Below, one piece after another: positions 8,153-17,725 of a DNA stretch of 64,000 nt (within the stretch, counting starts at the first letter, position 1; the number at the start of each line of letters is the position of its first letter). A model generated the notes under the pieces. That model made no database searches. It was not told the DNA's origin and worked only from the letters and a program-made list of their open reading frames with translations. Made by a program: the position numbers and the translations under genes. The DNA comes from a bacterium (GTDB lineage Bacteria > UBA8248): assembly GCA_965204535.1 (NCBI GenBank), contig CBDBEV010000001.1:576001-640000 (forward strand). Reading direction: 5' to 3'.

Positions 8153-11080
8153 ATGTATGAAATATTCACGCTGGGCGGCGGGATCTACCTGGTCGATCTC
8201 CTGAACGCCGTGGCCGCGATCACCGGCGGGGGCGCCTTCGTGACGCTCGCCCAGATCGCGGGCGCCTGTGGACTCGCCTGGGCGCTCTTCCGAACCGCCT
8301 TCGGGGGGTCGTGGAAGGACAACGCCAAGTGGCTCCTGCTCTTCGTCTGCGTCTGGGGCGCGCTGGTGGTTCCCAGGGCGACGGTGCGAGTAGTGGATCG
8401 GTTGGACCCCGCGCTCGCGCCGGCCGTGGTGGCGAACGTGCCGCTGGGACTGGCGCTGTTCGCCTCGCTGACGAGCCGGGTGGGGGACGGGCTCACGCGC
8501 CTGAGCGAGCAGGCCTTCTCCCTCCCGAACGACCTCGCCTACCGCCGCCACGGGCTCATCTTCGGTTCCAGGCTCGCGGCCGCCGCGACCCGGATGGAAG
8601 TCACCGACGCCGTCTTCGCCCGGAACCTGAGGGCCTACGCGAGACAGTGCGTGTTCCATGCCCTGCTGCTCGGCCATATTTCCGCCGACGACTTGCGCGA
8701 AAGCACGGACCTCTGGGCGCTCGTCACCGCTTCGGGTTCGCCGTCTGCGGGCGCATCGCCCGCGCGCATGGTGGAATACGTCACCCGTGGTGCGCCTTCC
8801 GGCACGGGCGCCACGACACTGGACCGGGAGATCGTGACGTGCGCGGCGGCCGCCTCTCGCCTCGACGCCCTCTGGGCGGCGGAAGTCACGAGGGCGACCG
8901 GCGTATTCGGGATGAGGCTCTTTCCGGGGGCCGCGAGCGAGGCGCTGGCGCGGGCCGAACTGGTGGCCGCGCTCCCCGCCGCGCACGACTACCTGATCGG
9001 GGCGTCGAGGAGTGCAGCCGAGGTGCTGCGCCAGCAGATGGTGCTGAATGCCGTGCACGACGCGGGCGAGCAGTGGAGCGCCGAGGCCGGGAACGCCGCG
9101 GCGCTGAGGGCATACACCGAGGCCAGGGCCGAAGCCCAGACCGTATCGGCCTACCGGGCCATCGGCAGGCAGGCGGAGACCTGGGTGCCCATGCTGCGGA
9201 TCGTCTTCGAGTGCCTCTACGTGGGCGCTTTCCCGATGGCGGTCCTGCTGATGCTGACGCCGGCGGGCGGCGCGATATTCCGCTCCTACTTCTCGGGCCT
9301 CGTCTGGCTGCAGAGCTGGGGTCCGCTCTACGCGATCCTGCACCGGGTCGCCATGGGAGAAGCCGCGGAGCGCATGAGCGCCGCGGCGCTCATGCCGGGC
9401 GGCGACGTCGGCGTATCGCTCATCGCCCAGGCGGGGATACGGGCGGTGGCCGCCGACGTGGCGGTGATGTCGGGCTACCTCTCGATGTCGGTGCCCTTCC
9501 TCGCCGCCGCCCTCGCCTACGGTGTGGGCCGTGCGACCTCTCTCGCCACCTCGGTCCTCTCGGTCGGACAGGAGGCCGCCTCCTCCGCCGCGCAGGAGGG
9601 CACCACGGGCAACATTTCATTGGGAAACACGAGCGCGGACACGCACCGCTTCGCGACGATGGAAGGACACCAGCTCAGGACTTCGGCGCACGTCGATACG
9701 GGCCGCTACACGGGCTTCGCCCCGGGCGGCGCGGCCTACACCGTGACGGCAGAGGGCGCCGCCGTGATGGACGCAGGTCAAGCCACGAGCCGGGTGCCCG
9801 CCGCGGGCGTCAGGCTCTCCGAGTCCCTGGCGGAGAGCCACGAGGTCAGGGCCGGCGAAGCCGTCGAGCAGGCACATCACTGGTCGGCGGAAGCCGCCGC
9901 CGCGCGCACGGCCGCCGCGACGGACTCCGCGGCCATGGTCGAGCGCTTCTCACGCGACGTGCGAAGCGGCCTCACCCACGCGCGGGGGGTGACGGAGAGC
10001 GAGAACCAGGGCGCCCAGCGCCTCGAATCCCATATCGAGAAACTCTCGCAGGCCGGCGGCATCACGAAGGAGCAGGCGGCAACCCTCACGAGCGCGGCCA
10101 GGGTGGGAGGCGGTTTCGACTTCATCGTCAAGGTAGGCGCCGACGGGTCGGCGAGCTGGCGGGGACAGACCTTCTCGCGCGAGGCCTGGAACCGGATGAC
10201 GGACTACGCGGGACAGCACGGGTTGCTCGATCTCTGGTCGCGCGTGGCGGACGCTTCGAGACGCTACGCGTCGGCCTCGGGCGAGAGCGAACTCACAAGC
10301 CTCGAAGAAAGCCTGGGCGCCAATCTCACGAAGATGCGCCGCTTCTCCGAGCAGGAGGCCGTGAGCCGCAGGGAGGCCGAGAGCTGGTCGAGCCAGGCGG
10401 CGGAAGTGCGCGCTGACTCGCGTGCGATCGAGAGCGAACTCGGCCAGCCCTTCTTCTCGTGGCTCGCTACGCGCGAGGGGGCGGACGGACGCGAGATAGG
10501 CGTAGCGGGCGCGATGCGCCTGGCCTCGCCGCAGACGGCGGAAGACGCGGAAGTGCTGCGCGCCCACGCCGCCGCCTTCATCGCCGAGCGTTATCCGGCG
10601 GGCGGGGGGCCGGAGGCGGCTCCCGGCCGGGCGGAATACGAACAGGCAAGAGAGAGGCTGCGCGAGACGGGGGGAACCGGCGCGGCGTGGGATGCGTGGT
10701 CCGGGTCGGTGCGCGAAAGCGCGGGCGGCAAGGGCGCTCCCCGGCCGGGCGGTGCGGGTGAGCGGGCAAAGCGCGGGCGTTTGGAGATCGAGACCGAACT
10801 CGACATCCGCGAAGCCGGACGTGCGGCCCGCAGGGGAGTGACGGGGGAGCGAATCGGGGAGGGGCGTCCTGAAATCGCCGCGGAGACAGAGAAACCTCTC
10901 GCCGAGCACGTCGTCAGGGACCTGCCCGCCGTGGGCGAATGGCTGGGCGGGAAACTCTACGGCACCGCGCGGAACGCGGCGCCCGGAGGGGATGAGAAAA
11001 AAGCCGTGTCCGAACCGGAGAGGAAGAAAGAAAGCGGAGGCGGGAGCGGGTTTTCGGGCGATCAGGTGATGGGGCCGTGA
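8153..11080 (+). CDS. traG: TraG (VirB6-like inner-membrane mating-pair protein)
   Basis: N-terminal YEIFT.GGG, VANVPLGLA, WLQSW.PLYAIL TM motifs; 975 aa; follows traH. Confidence 0.92.
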   Translation: MYEIFTLGGGIYLVDLLNAVAAITGGGAFVTLAQIAGACGLAWALFRTAFGGSWKDNAKWLLLFVCVWGALVVPRATVRVVDRLDPALAPAVVANVPLGLALFASLTSRVGDGLTRLSEQAFSLPNDLAYRRHGLIFGSRLAAAATRMEVTDAVFARNLRAYARQCVFHALLLGHISADDLRESTDLWALVTASGSPSAGASPARMVEYVTRGAPSGTGATTLDREIVTCAAAASRLDALWAAEVTRATGVFGMRLFPGAASEALARAELVAALPAAHDYLIGASRSAAEVLRQQMVLNAVHDAGEQWSAEAGNAAALRAYTEARAEAQTVSAYRAIGRQAETWVPMLRIVFECLYVGAFPMAVLLMLTPAGGAIFRSYFSGLVWLQSWGPLYAILHRVAMGEAAERMSAAALMPGGDVGVSLIAQAGIRAVAADVAVMSGYLSMSVPFLAAALAYGVGRATSLATSVLSVGQEAASSAAQEGTTGNISLGNTSADTHRFATMEGHQLRTSAHVDTGRYTGFAPGGAAYTVTAEGAAVMDAGQATSRVPAAGVRLSESLAESHEVRAGEAVEQAHHWSAEAAAARTAAATDSAAMVERFSRDVRSGLTHARGVTESENQGAQRLESHIEKLSQAGGITKEQAATLTSAARVGGGFDFIVKVGADGSASWRGQTFSREAWNRMTDYAGQHGLLDLWSRVADASRRYASASGESELTSLEESLGANLTKMRRFSEQEAVSRREAESWSSQAAEVRADSRAIESELGQPFFSWLATREGADGREIGVAGAMRLASPQTAEDAEVLRAHAAAFIAERYPAGGGPEAAPGRAEYEQARERLRETGGTGAAWDAWSGSVRESAGGKGAPRPGGAGERAKRGRLEIETELDIREAGRAARRGVTGERIGEGRPEIAAETEKPLAEHVVRDLPAVGEWLGGKLYGTARNAAPGGDEKKAVSEPERKKESGGGSGFSGDQVMGP

Positions 11081-11409
11081 TCGAAGGGATCGTCATCGTA
11101 AAGTCCCCCCTCCTCGTAGTCACGGCGCCAGGCGTAACGCCCCGTGCGGGTCGTCCACTCGAAGCTGTCGGCGTCTTGTTCGGGGAGGCTGTAGCCGGTG
11201 AAGGCGGACCAGTCGCGGCGGCGGATTCCGCGCCACAGGGCGCCCGCGAGCGCCGCGAGGAACGTCCAGAGCGCGGCCCAGAACCAGGCGGCGAACAGCA
11301 GGCTTGCGCCGCTCCCGCTCACGAAGACGTGGAGGGTGAAGAGGAGCGCCAGGGCGGGTCCGCCGAGGACGATTGCCCGCGCCGCACTGGATGGTTTTTC
11401 TTTCGTCAT
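11062..11409 (-). CDS. small two-TM membrane protein convergent with traG; candidate entry-exclusion protein
   Basis: Two hydrophobic helices, GGAG RBS before ATG 11409, position like eex of SXT/IncC elements. Confidence 0.55.
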   Translation of the reverse strand: MTKEKPSSAARAIVLGGPALALLFTLHVFVSGSGASLLFAAWFWAALWTFLAALAGALWRGIRRRDWSAFTGYSLPEQDADSFEWTTRTGRYAWRRDYEEGGLYDDDPFDHGPIT

Positions 11410-11558
11410 GGGTGGCTCCTTATGAGTTGTCATTCAATCGTTGACGGGCGCTACGGCCTCTCCCGGGGTCCTGCTCTTTCACCTCCCGGCCGCCCTCCTC
11501 GACCTCCGCGCAGTGCATCGCGAGGCCAGGACGCCCGCGGCGCCACCATGCAGACAGT

Positions 11559-13505
11559 ATGAAAAAGGAGAATCGGATGACCATCGGAAACGCCACCCTG
11601 CGCGGCGGCCAGACGCTGCTCCACGACGCCAGGATGTGGGGCCAGCTCGCGCGCTGGGGGATTTTTGGACTCGTCCTGACTGTCGTCCTGACGCCCGCGG
11701 TCAGCGTCTTCACGGCGACGAGCGCGCACGAGTGGCGCGTCGTGGGCCTGGGCACGCTGGCCGAGGCCAAGCTCGCCATCGGGTATTCCCCCGATTCGGG
11801 CCAGGTGTACGAGTGGGGCGCGGGTGAGCGGACGATCGAGCGGATCGAGCTCATCGCAAGCGATCCCAGGATAGAGCGGATCAGGAGGCGCATGCTCGAT
11901 ACCATCCATGCCAGGGCGTGGATGGGCCTCTGGATCGGCTTGGGCGGCGTGGCCCTGTTCGCGTTCTTCTTCTGGCTCCTGGGCCGGCGCATGGCCCGCG
12001 CGCACCGGGTGCGGGGCGCGGAGATGACCTCGGACCAGGCGCTCGGGAGGCGCGTGCAGCCCGTTTTTTCCCGCCTGGGGGAAAAATTCTTTCCGGCCTC
12101 GCGCAAGTCCAGACCCCGCATCGCGGGCGTCCCCTGGCCCGAGCGCGCCGAGACCCAGCACACCATCGTCTCGGGCACCACGGGCTCGGGCAAGACCGTC
12201 CTGATCTCGGACCTGGTCGCGCAGATCAGGGAACGCGGCGAGCGCTGCATCCTCTACGACAAGATGGGGAGCTACACGCGGGCCTTCTTCGACCCCGCCC
12301 GCGACGTCCTGATGAATCCCCTCGACGCCCGGGCGCCGCGCTGGTCCCCCTTCCTGGAAGCCAGGACGCCCAGGGACTTCGACACGATGGCCGCCGCCCT
12401 CATCCCGCAGCAGAAGGACACGGTGGACCCCTTCTGGGTCACGGCCGCGCGGCAGCTGTTCGCGAACGGCGCGGGCGTACTCTGGAAGCGCGGCGTGACG
12501 GAGAACCGGATACTCGTCGAGCACCTGCTCAAGACAGAGCTGACCTCCCTGGCCGAGGCCATGGAGGGCACGGTGGCGCAGTCCATCGTGGACCCCGAGA
12601 ACCCCAAGACGGCGCTCTCGGTGCGCGCCATGTTGACCGCGCACCTGGGCGCGCTCGAATGCCTGCCCGACTCAGGAAAGCCCTTCTCGATAAGGGAGTG
12701 GGTGGAGCGCGAGGACGAGACCGGCTTCCTGTTCCTGACCTCGCGCGGCGACCAGCACGCGAGCCTCCGGGGTCTCATCTCGACCTGGCTCGAAATCGCC
12801 GTGAACGCGCTCCTCTCCCTCGGCCGGGACGACGCGCGCAGGATATGGATTGTGCTCGACGAGCTTCCCACCCTGCACCAGGTGCCGAGCCTGCAGCCCG
12901 GACTCGCGGAATCGCGCCAATTCGGGGGGTGCTTCGTGCTCGGGATACAGGTGATCTCCGCCCTGCGCGATCTCTATGGGCGAAACGGCGCCGAGACCGT
13001 ATCGGGTCTCTGCGGCACCCGGGTGGTGCTGGCCGCGCCCGACCAGGAGACGGCGCGCTGGTCGGCCGAGAGCCTGGGGCGCGGCGAGGTCACCGAGTAC
13101 GCGGAGGGGCTCAGCTACGGCGCGAGCGCCATGCGCGACGGCGTCTCGCTCACGCAGCGCCGCGAGATGCGGCCCCTGGCGCTGCCTTCGGAGATCATGC
13201 GCCTCGAGAATCTGCACGGCTACCTCAAGTTCCCCGGCCCCTGGCCCGTGGCGCGGGTCGAGCTCGACTACGTGAAGAGGCCCGAGGCGGCCGAGAGTTT
13301 CATACCGAGAGAGGGCGCGATGCTTCCCGAGGCGAATGAGAGCGCGGGAACCGAAGAGCCCGGGACCGTGGACGCTCCCGCCGATGAAGAGACTGCTCCG
13401 GCCGCTGATCACGAAAGCGACCCTGCTCCTCCCCTGCCGGAAAAGAGCGGAAACGACACGCCCGGCTCCGGGGAACCGCAGCCGGAAAACCTGAGGAATT
13501 TCTGA
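11559..13505 (+). CDS. traD: type IV coupling protein TraD
   Basis: Two N-terminal TMs, Walker A GTTGSGKT, DPFW, VLDELPTL, ESRQFGGC, acidic C-terminal tail. Confidence 0.95.
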   Translation: MKKENRMTIGNATLRGGQTLLHDARMWGQLARWGIFGLVLTVVLTPAVSVFTATSAHEWRVVGLGTLAEAKLAIGYSPDSGQVYEWGAGERTIERIELIASDPRIERIRRRMLDTIHARAWMGLWIGLGGVALFAFFFWLLGRRMARAHRVRGAEMTSDQALGRRVQPVFSRLGEKFFPASRKSRPRIAGVPWPERAETQHTIVSGTTGSGKTVLISDLVAQIRERGERCILYDKMGSYTRAFFDPARDVLMNPLDARAPRWSPFLEARTPRDFDTMAAALIPQQKDTVDPFWVTAARQLFANGAGVLWKRGVTENRILVEHLLKTELTSLAEAMEGTVAQSIVDPENPKTALSVRAMLTAHLGALECLPDSGKPFSIREWVEREDETGFLFLTSRGDQHASLRGLISTWLEIAVNALLSLGRDDARRIWIVLDELPTLHQVPSLQPGLAESRQFGGCFVLGIQVISALRDLYGRNGAETVSGLCGTRVVLAAPDQETARWSAESLGRGEVTEYAEGLSYGASAMRDGVSLTQRREMRPLALPSEIMRLENLHGYLKFPGPWPVARVELDYVKRPEAAESFIPREGAMLPEANESAGTEEPGTVDAPADEETAPAADHESDPAPPLPEKSGNDTPGSGEPQPENLRNF

Positions 13506-13506
13506 A

Positions 13507-16314
13507 ATGGTGGCATCCATCGGCGCCGTCGCCGCCTCCGCGCAGGGGGCGTCCTACTACGAGCGCGACGGCTACTACGCGAAGGACGACCCGGCGCACC
13601 GCGAAGCGAGCGCCTGGCAAGGCAGGGGCGCGGAGGATTTGGGACTCTCGGGTCCGGTCGACCCCGATACCTTCCGCGCGGTGCTCGAAGGCATGGTGCC
13701 CGACGGTTCGGGGCGCAGGCTCGGACGCTTGGGCAAGGACGGGTCGTTCCACCACCGTCCCGGCCGCGACCTCACCCTCTCGGCGCCCAAGTCCGTCTCC
13801 CTCCTGGCTCTCGTCGGCGGCGACGCGCGCGCGATTAGGGCCCACGATGCGGCCGTCGCGCGCACCCTGGACTGGGTCGAGCGAAACGTCGCAGAGACCA
13901 GGATGAGCGACCCCAAGACCGGGCGCATGGTCCGGGCGGGGGAACAGAAGAGCGTCGTCGCGACCTTCCGGCACGACACGTCGCGCAACCTCGACCCCCT
14001 GCTCCACACGCACTCAGTTCTAGCCAACATGGTCCGGGGGACAGACGGCAAATGGCGCACGATGTCGAACGAGAAGCTCTATGCGAATAAGATGCTGATA
14101 GGTGCCATGTACCGCACGGAACTCGCAAGTGAACTTGAAAGAATCGGCTACCGTATCGAGAAGACCCACGCCGACGGGCGCTTCGAGGTCGCGGGCGTGC
14201 CCAGGGACGTGATCGAGGCGTTCTCGACCCGGCGGGCGGAGATAGAGGCCGCGATGGCCGAGCGCGGTCTGGGCGCTACGGCGGAGAACCAGCGCGCAGC
14301 CCAGCGGGCCGCGCTCATGACCCGCGCGCGCAAGCGCGACGTCGACAAGACCGTCCTCGCGGCCGTATGGGAGAAACAGGCGAAGGAGCTGGGCTTCGAC
14401 GCCGGTACCCTCGCGGCGGAAGCGATGGCGAGGAGCGTGGCGACCAGGGAACCGGAACCCGCACGCGAGGCCGTGGAATGGGCCGTGGCGCACCTCTCGG
14501 AGCGGGAAGCGGTTTTCGACCGCGCCGCTCTGCTCGCGGGCGCGCTCGCCTGGCGGCCGGGCGCGGTGTCGATGACGGGCGCCGAACGCGAGGTGGCGAG
14601 GCTGGAGGAGACCGGCGTCCTGCACGCGGCGGACCTGCCGGGAACCAGGGACATGATCACTACGGAGAAGGCAGCGGCGGCTGAGCGTGAGACCATCGCC
14701 CTCCTGAATTCCGGACGCGGGCGGGGGGCGCCCGCCATGCGCGCCCGCGCCGTGGACAAGGCCTTGAGAAACGGCCCGCTGACACATGGCCAGCGCGAGG
14801 CCGTGAAACTCATCCTCACCGACTCCGACCGCGTCGTCGGCGTACAGGGCTACGCGGGCACGGGCAAGACCGCGATGCTCAAGCGCGCCCGCGCTCTATT
14901 CGAGAAGCGCGGCTACGAGGTCATGGGCCTGGCGCCCTCGGCTTCGGCAGCGCGGACCCTCGAAACCGAGGCCGGGATCGCGAGCGAGACGCTCCAGCGC
15001 TTCCTCGCGCGAAACGCCGGGGTCGCCGATGGCCGCCTCACGAGAACGACCGAGAAAAAGATGCGCGCGGGCTACGCGAAGACCGCCCTCGTCGTGGACG
15101 AGGGCTCCCTGGCTTCCACGCGCGAGGTGCGTGAACTCCTGCGGATCGCGGGGACCTTGCGCCTGCCCCGGGTCGTTCTGGTGGGCGACGCGAAACAGCT
15201 CGACGCCGTGGACGCCGGCAAACCCTTCGCGCAGCTGCAGGCCGCGGGCATGAAGACGGCGGTGATGCAGGAGATCATGCGCCAGCGCGACCAGGACCTG
15301 AAAGCCGCCGTCGAGTCCACGCTCACAGGCGACGTGAAGCGCGCCTTCGAGAAGCTGGGTTCCAACGTAGCCGAAGTGAAACCTGACAACCTCGCGGGCG
15401 CCGCCGCCGCGCGCTGGCTTGCGCTCCCGCCCGAGGCGCGTGCAAACGCCGGGCTCATGGCGCCGAGCCATGCGATCCGCGAGAAGATCAACGCCATCGT
15501 GCGCGAGCGCCTGATCCGGGACGGCGTCGTCCACGGTCCGGCTTTCCTCACGGAACGCCTTGTCTCGCGCGGCTACACGAACCCCGAGAAATCGCTCGCC
15601 GCGAACTATTCTCCCGGCGACGTGGTGGCCTTCCACCGGCCCTACAAGCGAATCGGCGTCGAGAAGGGGGATGAGTTGCGCGTGGCGGGTGTCGATCACG
15701 CGAACAGCGCCGTCATCCTCGAAGGTGGGCACGGGCGGGAAATCCGCTGGGAGCCCCGCCGTCTCGCGGCGCGCACCGGCGGTGTCGAGGTATACCGCGT
15801 CGAGCATATGGAACTGCGCCAGGGCGACAAGGTCCGCTGGACCCGGAACGACAAGGACCTCGGTCTCATGAACAGCCAGGCCGCCGAGGTGACGGGCGTC
15901 AGGGGCGGGTGCGTCACCTTCCGGGTCGAGGACGGGCGCGTCCTCGACATGACGAGCGCCGATCCCCAGCTTCGACACGTCGACCGCGCATGGGCCTCGA
16001 CCGTCCACGCCTTCCAGGGCCGGACGGTCGATACCGTCATCGCGGCGATGGAGGCGAACCACCCCGAGCTCACCAACCAGAAGACGCTCTACGTCGAGAT
16101 CAGCCGCGCCCGGGACCGGGCGGAACTCGTGACGGACGACGCGAAGGCCCTGTGCGAACGGCTCGAAACCGCCACCGGGGAGCGCATCGCGGCTCTGGAA
16201 GCGCTCGGTGACAGGATCAGGGATACAGGGAGAACGAAGGAAGCGGCGCAATCGATGGAGCAACGGACGCCGGGGAGGGAGAAGGTTCGCTCAGCGCATG
16301 AGTTGGGAATGTAG
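13507..16314 (+). CDS. traI: MOB-F relaxase-helicase (TrwC/TraI)
   Basis: YYERDGYY catalytic tyrosines, DLTLSAPKSVS, HDTSRNLDPLLHTH HUH motif, helicase GYAGTGKT, VDE, QGRT, YVEISR. Confidence 0.96.
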   Translation: MVASIGAVAASAQGASYYERDGYYAKDDPAHREASAWQGRGAEDLGLSGPVDPDTFRAVLEGMVPDGSGRRLGRLGKDGSFHHRPGRDLTLSAPKSVSLLALVGGDARAIRAHDAAVARTLDWVERNVAETRMSDPKTGRMVRAGEQKSVVATFRHDTSRNLDPLLHTHSVLANMVRGTDGKWRTMSNEKLYANKMLIGAMYRTELASELERIGYRIEKTHADGRFEVAGVPRDVIEAFSTRRAEIEAAMAERGLGATAENQRAAQRAALMTRARKRDVDKTVLAAVWEKQAKELGFDAGTLAAEAMARSVATREPEPAREAVEWAVAHLSEREAVFDRAALLAGALAWRPGAVSMTGAEREVARLEETGVLHAADLPGTRDMITTEKAAAAERETIALLNSGRGRGAPAMRARAVDKALRNGPLTHGQREAVKLILTDSDRVVGVQGYAGTGKTAMLKRARALFEKRGYEVMGLAPSASAARTLETEAGIASETLQRFLARNAGVADGRLTRTTEKKMRAGYAKTALVVDEGSLASTREVRELLRIAGTLRLPRVVLVGDAKQLDAVDAGKPFAQLQAAGMKTAVMQEIMRQRDQDLKAAVESTLTGDVKRAFEKLGSNVAEVKPDNLAGAAAARWLALPPEARANAGLMAPSHAIREKINAIVRERLIRDGVVHGPAFLTERLVSRGYTNPEKSLAANYSPGDVVAFHRPYKRIGVEKGDELRVAGVDHANSAVILEGGHGREIRWEPRRLAARTGGVEVYRVEHMELRQGDKVRWTRNDKDLGLMNSQAAEVTGVRGGCVTFRVEDGRVLDMTSADPQLRHVDRAWASTVHAFQGRTVDTVIAAMEANHPELTNQKTLYVEISRARDRAELVTDDAKALCERLETATGERIAALEALGDRIRDTGRTKEAAQSMEQRTPGREKVRSAHELGM

Positions 16315-16848
16315 GATATACGCTATCGAATTTTATCGTATAAAATCGCTAAATGGTATTTTGCCCGTTTAGAGACAGTGGGGGATTTTCAGCGGTGATG
16401 ATATCCTGTATTCTATGTTATAAAAGCTGTGTCGAACATGTTGCGTAAAGGAGGTGGACATGCTTGAAATATTTTCCGTCCAGCCCTCTCCCACATGATT
16501 CCCCAAGCTCATTTGGGGCGCCGGGAGAGGGTTACCTCCCCCTCCCCTTAACTACCTAGCCATGTAAGCAGTTCCCAAAAATTCGATAAATTCACGACGT
16601 CTTTCGCGTGGTTTCAGACAGCGGGGGATTGCCGACGGTCGTGAATTCCTTTTAGTTTGTTGAAAGTATTGTGGGTATTGGTTTTTTCGAACTTCGTTCA
16701 GTATTTGCCTTCTGGAAGAAGTAATCAAATCGGAAGCGGATGGATTACAACTCCTGCGCATATCAGCGAGTTCGTGTCGGTAAGCGTTCGGGCGGGCCGT
16801 GATGGTAGTGCCTTGAAGCAGTAGTTCGGGCCGGAATGGGGGATGATT

Positions 16849-17721
16849 TTACCGGTTGAGGACTTGCTTCCAGTTTCTGCGCAACGGTCGTAGCCAGATG
16901 TCCTTTTTCGGTTGGTCTCGTTTCGTGTATCTGTCGTAGCGTCCACGCCCCTGGGTCATACCGACGTGAATCCACCCCGATGCCCTGTAGACGGCGCCGG
17001 TGTAGCGCGGCGTCTCGACGAAGGTCTCGACGAGGACGGGTGTCGTGCCATAGCGCTCGGTCCAGTCCTCGGGCAGGCGCCTGCGGATGATGGCGAGGAG
17101 GTGTGAGCCGAGGTTGAGGATCCTGATCCATGGCAGGATGAGGAACCTCGGGTTGTCGACCACGAGGGGGAGGTTCTTCTCGCGCAGCTGCGGCGTCCAG
17201 CCGATGAAGCTGTCGCGCGGGGCGAGCTTCCACGCGGCGGTGGAGAAGCCGAGCATGGCGAGGGGCCTGCCGCCCCGGTCGTGGACGGCGTAGCGCATCT
17301 GCGCGCCGACGAGGGTCTTGTAGCCGAGGTAGTGGTAGCGGGCGACGAACTCGTTCCAGAGCCTGCCCTCGCGGGTTCCGCGCACGGCGACGCGCATATC
17401 GAGGGGGCGGACTTCGTCGAGGGTCTCAGGCGCCGGGATGAGGGGAGGTTCGGTGTCGGGTCCGAAGACGATCGGCCCGGGCCGGTTCTGGCGCCACTTC
17501 GGTGGGGGCAGCGTGATCAGGCCGTCCTTGTGCATGGCCAGCATAGTCACCCGGGCCATCATGTCCTTGAGTCCGCCGTCGGGCTTGTACCAGCCGATTC
17601 GGCGGCAGAACTCCTTCGATAGCGCATGGCGGTTGAGCGCAGGTGGACCTGCGATCAGTTCGCGCAGCAGCGCCATCTCTTCCGTCGTGAAGTCGCGTCC
17701 GTGGTAGCGGCACTCGGTCAC
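16849..17721 (-). CDS. DUF4338 domain protein (DruA-related, Mom/GNAT-like) carried inside IS66 copy 1
   Basis: YHYLGY, RDSFIGW, NPRFLILPW, ETFV, G.VYRASGW..VG.T.GRG motifs. Confidence 0.8.
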   Translation of the reverse strand: MTECRYHGRDFTTEEMALLRELIAGPPALNRHALSKEFCRRIGWYKPDGGLKDMMARVTMLAMHKDGLITLPPPKWRQNRPGPIVFGPDTEPPLIPAPETLDEVRPLDMRVAVRGTREGRLWNEFVARYHYLGYKTLVGAQMRYAVHDRGGRPLAMLGFSTAAWKLAPRDSFIGWTPQLREKNLPLVVDNPRFLILPWIRILNLGSHLLAIIRRRLPEDWTERYGTTPVLVETFVETPRYTGAVYRASGWIHVGMTQGRGRYDRYTKRDQPKKDIWLRPLRRNWKQVLNR

Positions 17722-17725
17722 GGCG

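Noticed and set aside
16448-16498. Strong AAGGAGG RBS with ATG after a TATAAA-like box
   Set aside because: ORF is only 12 codons with no recognisable feature; probably a remnant
16849-17721. Druantia defence system
   Set aside because: Only a short DUF4338 gene inside IS ends; no DruE helicase or other dru genes
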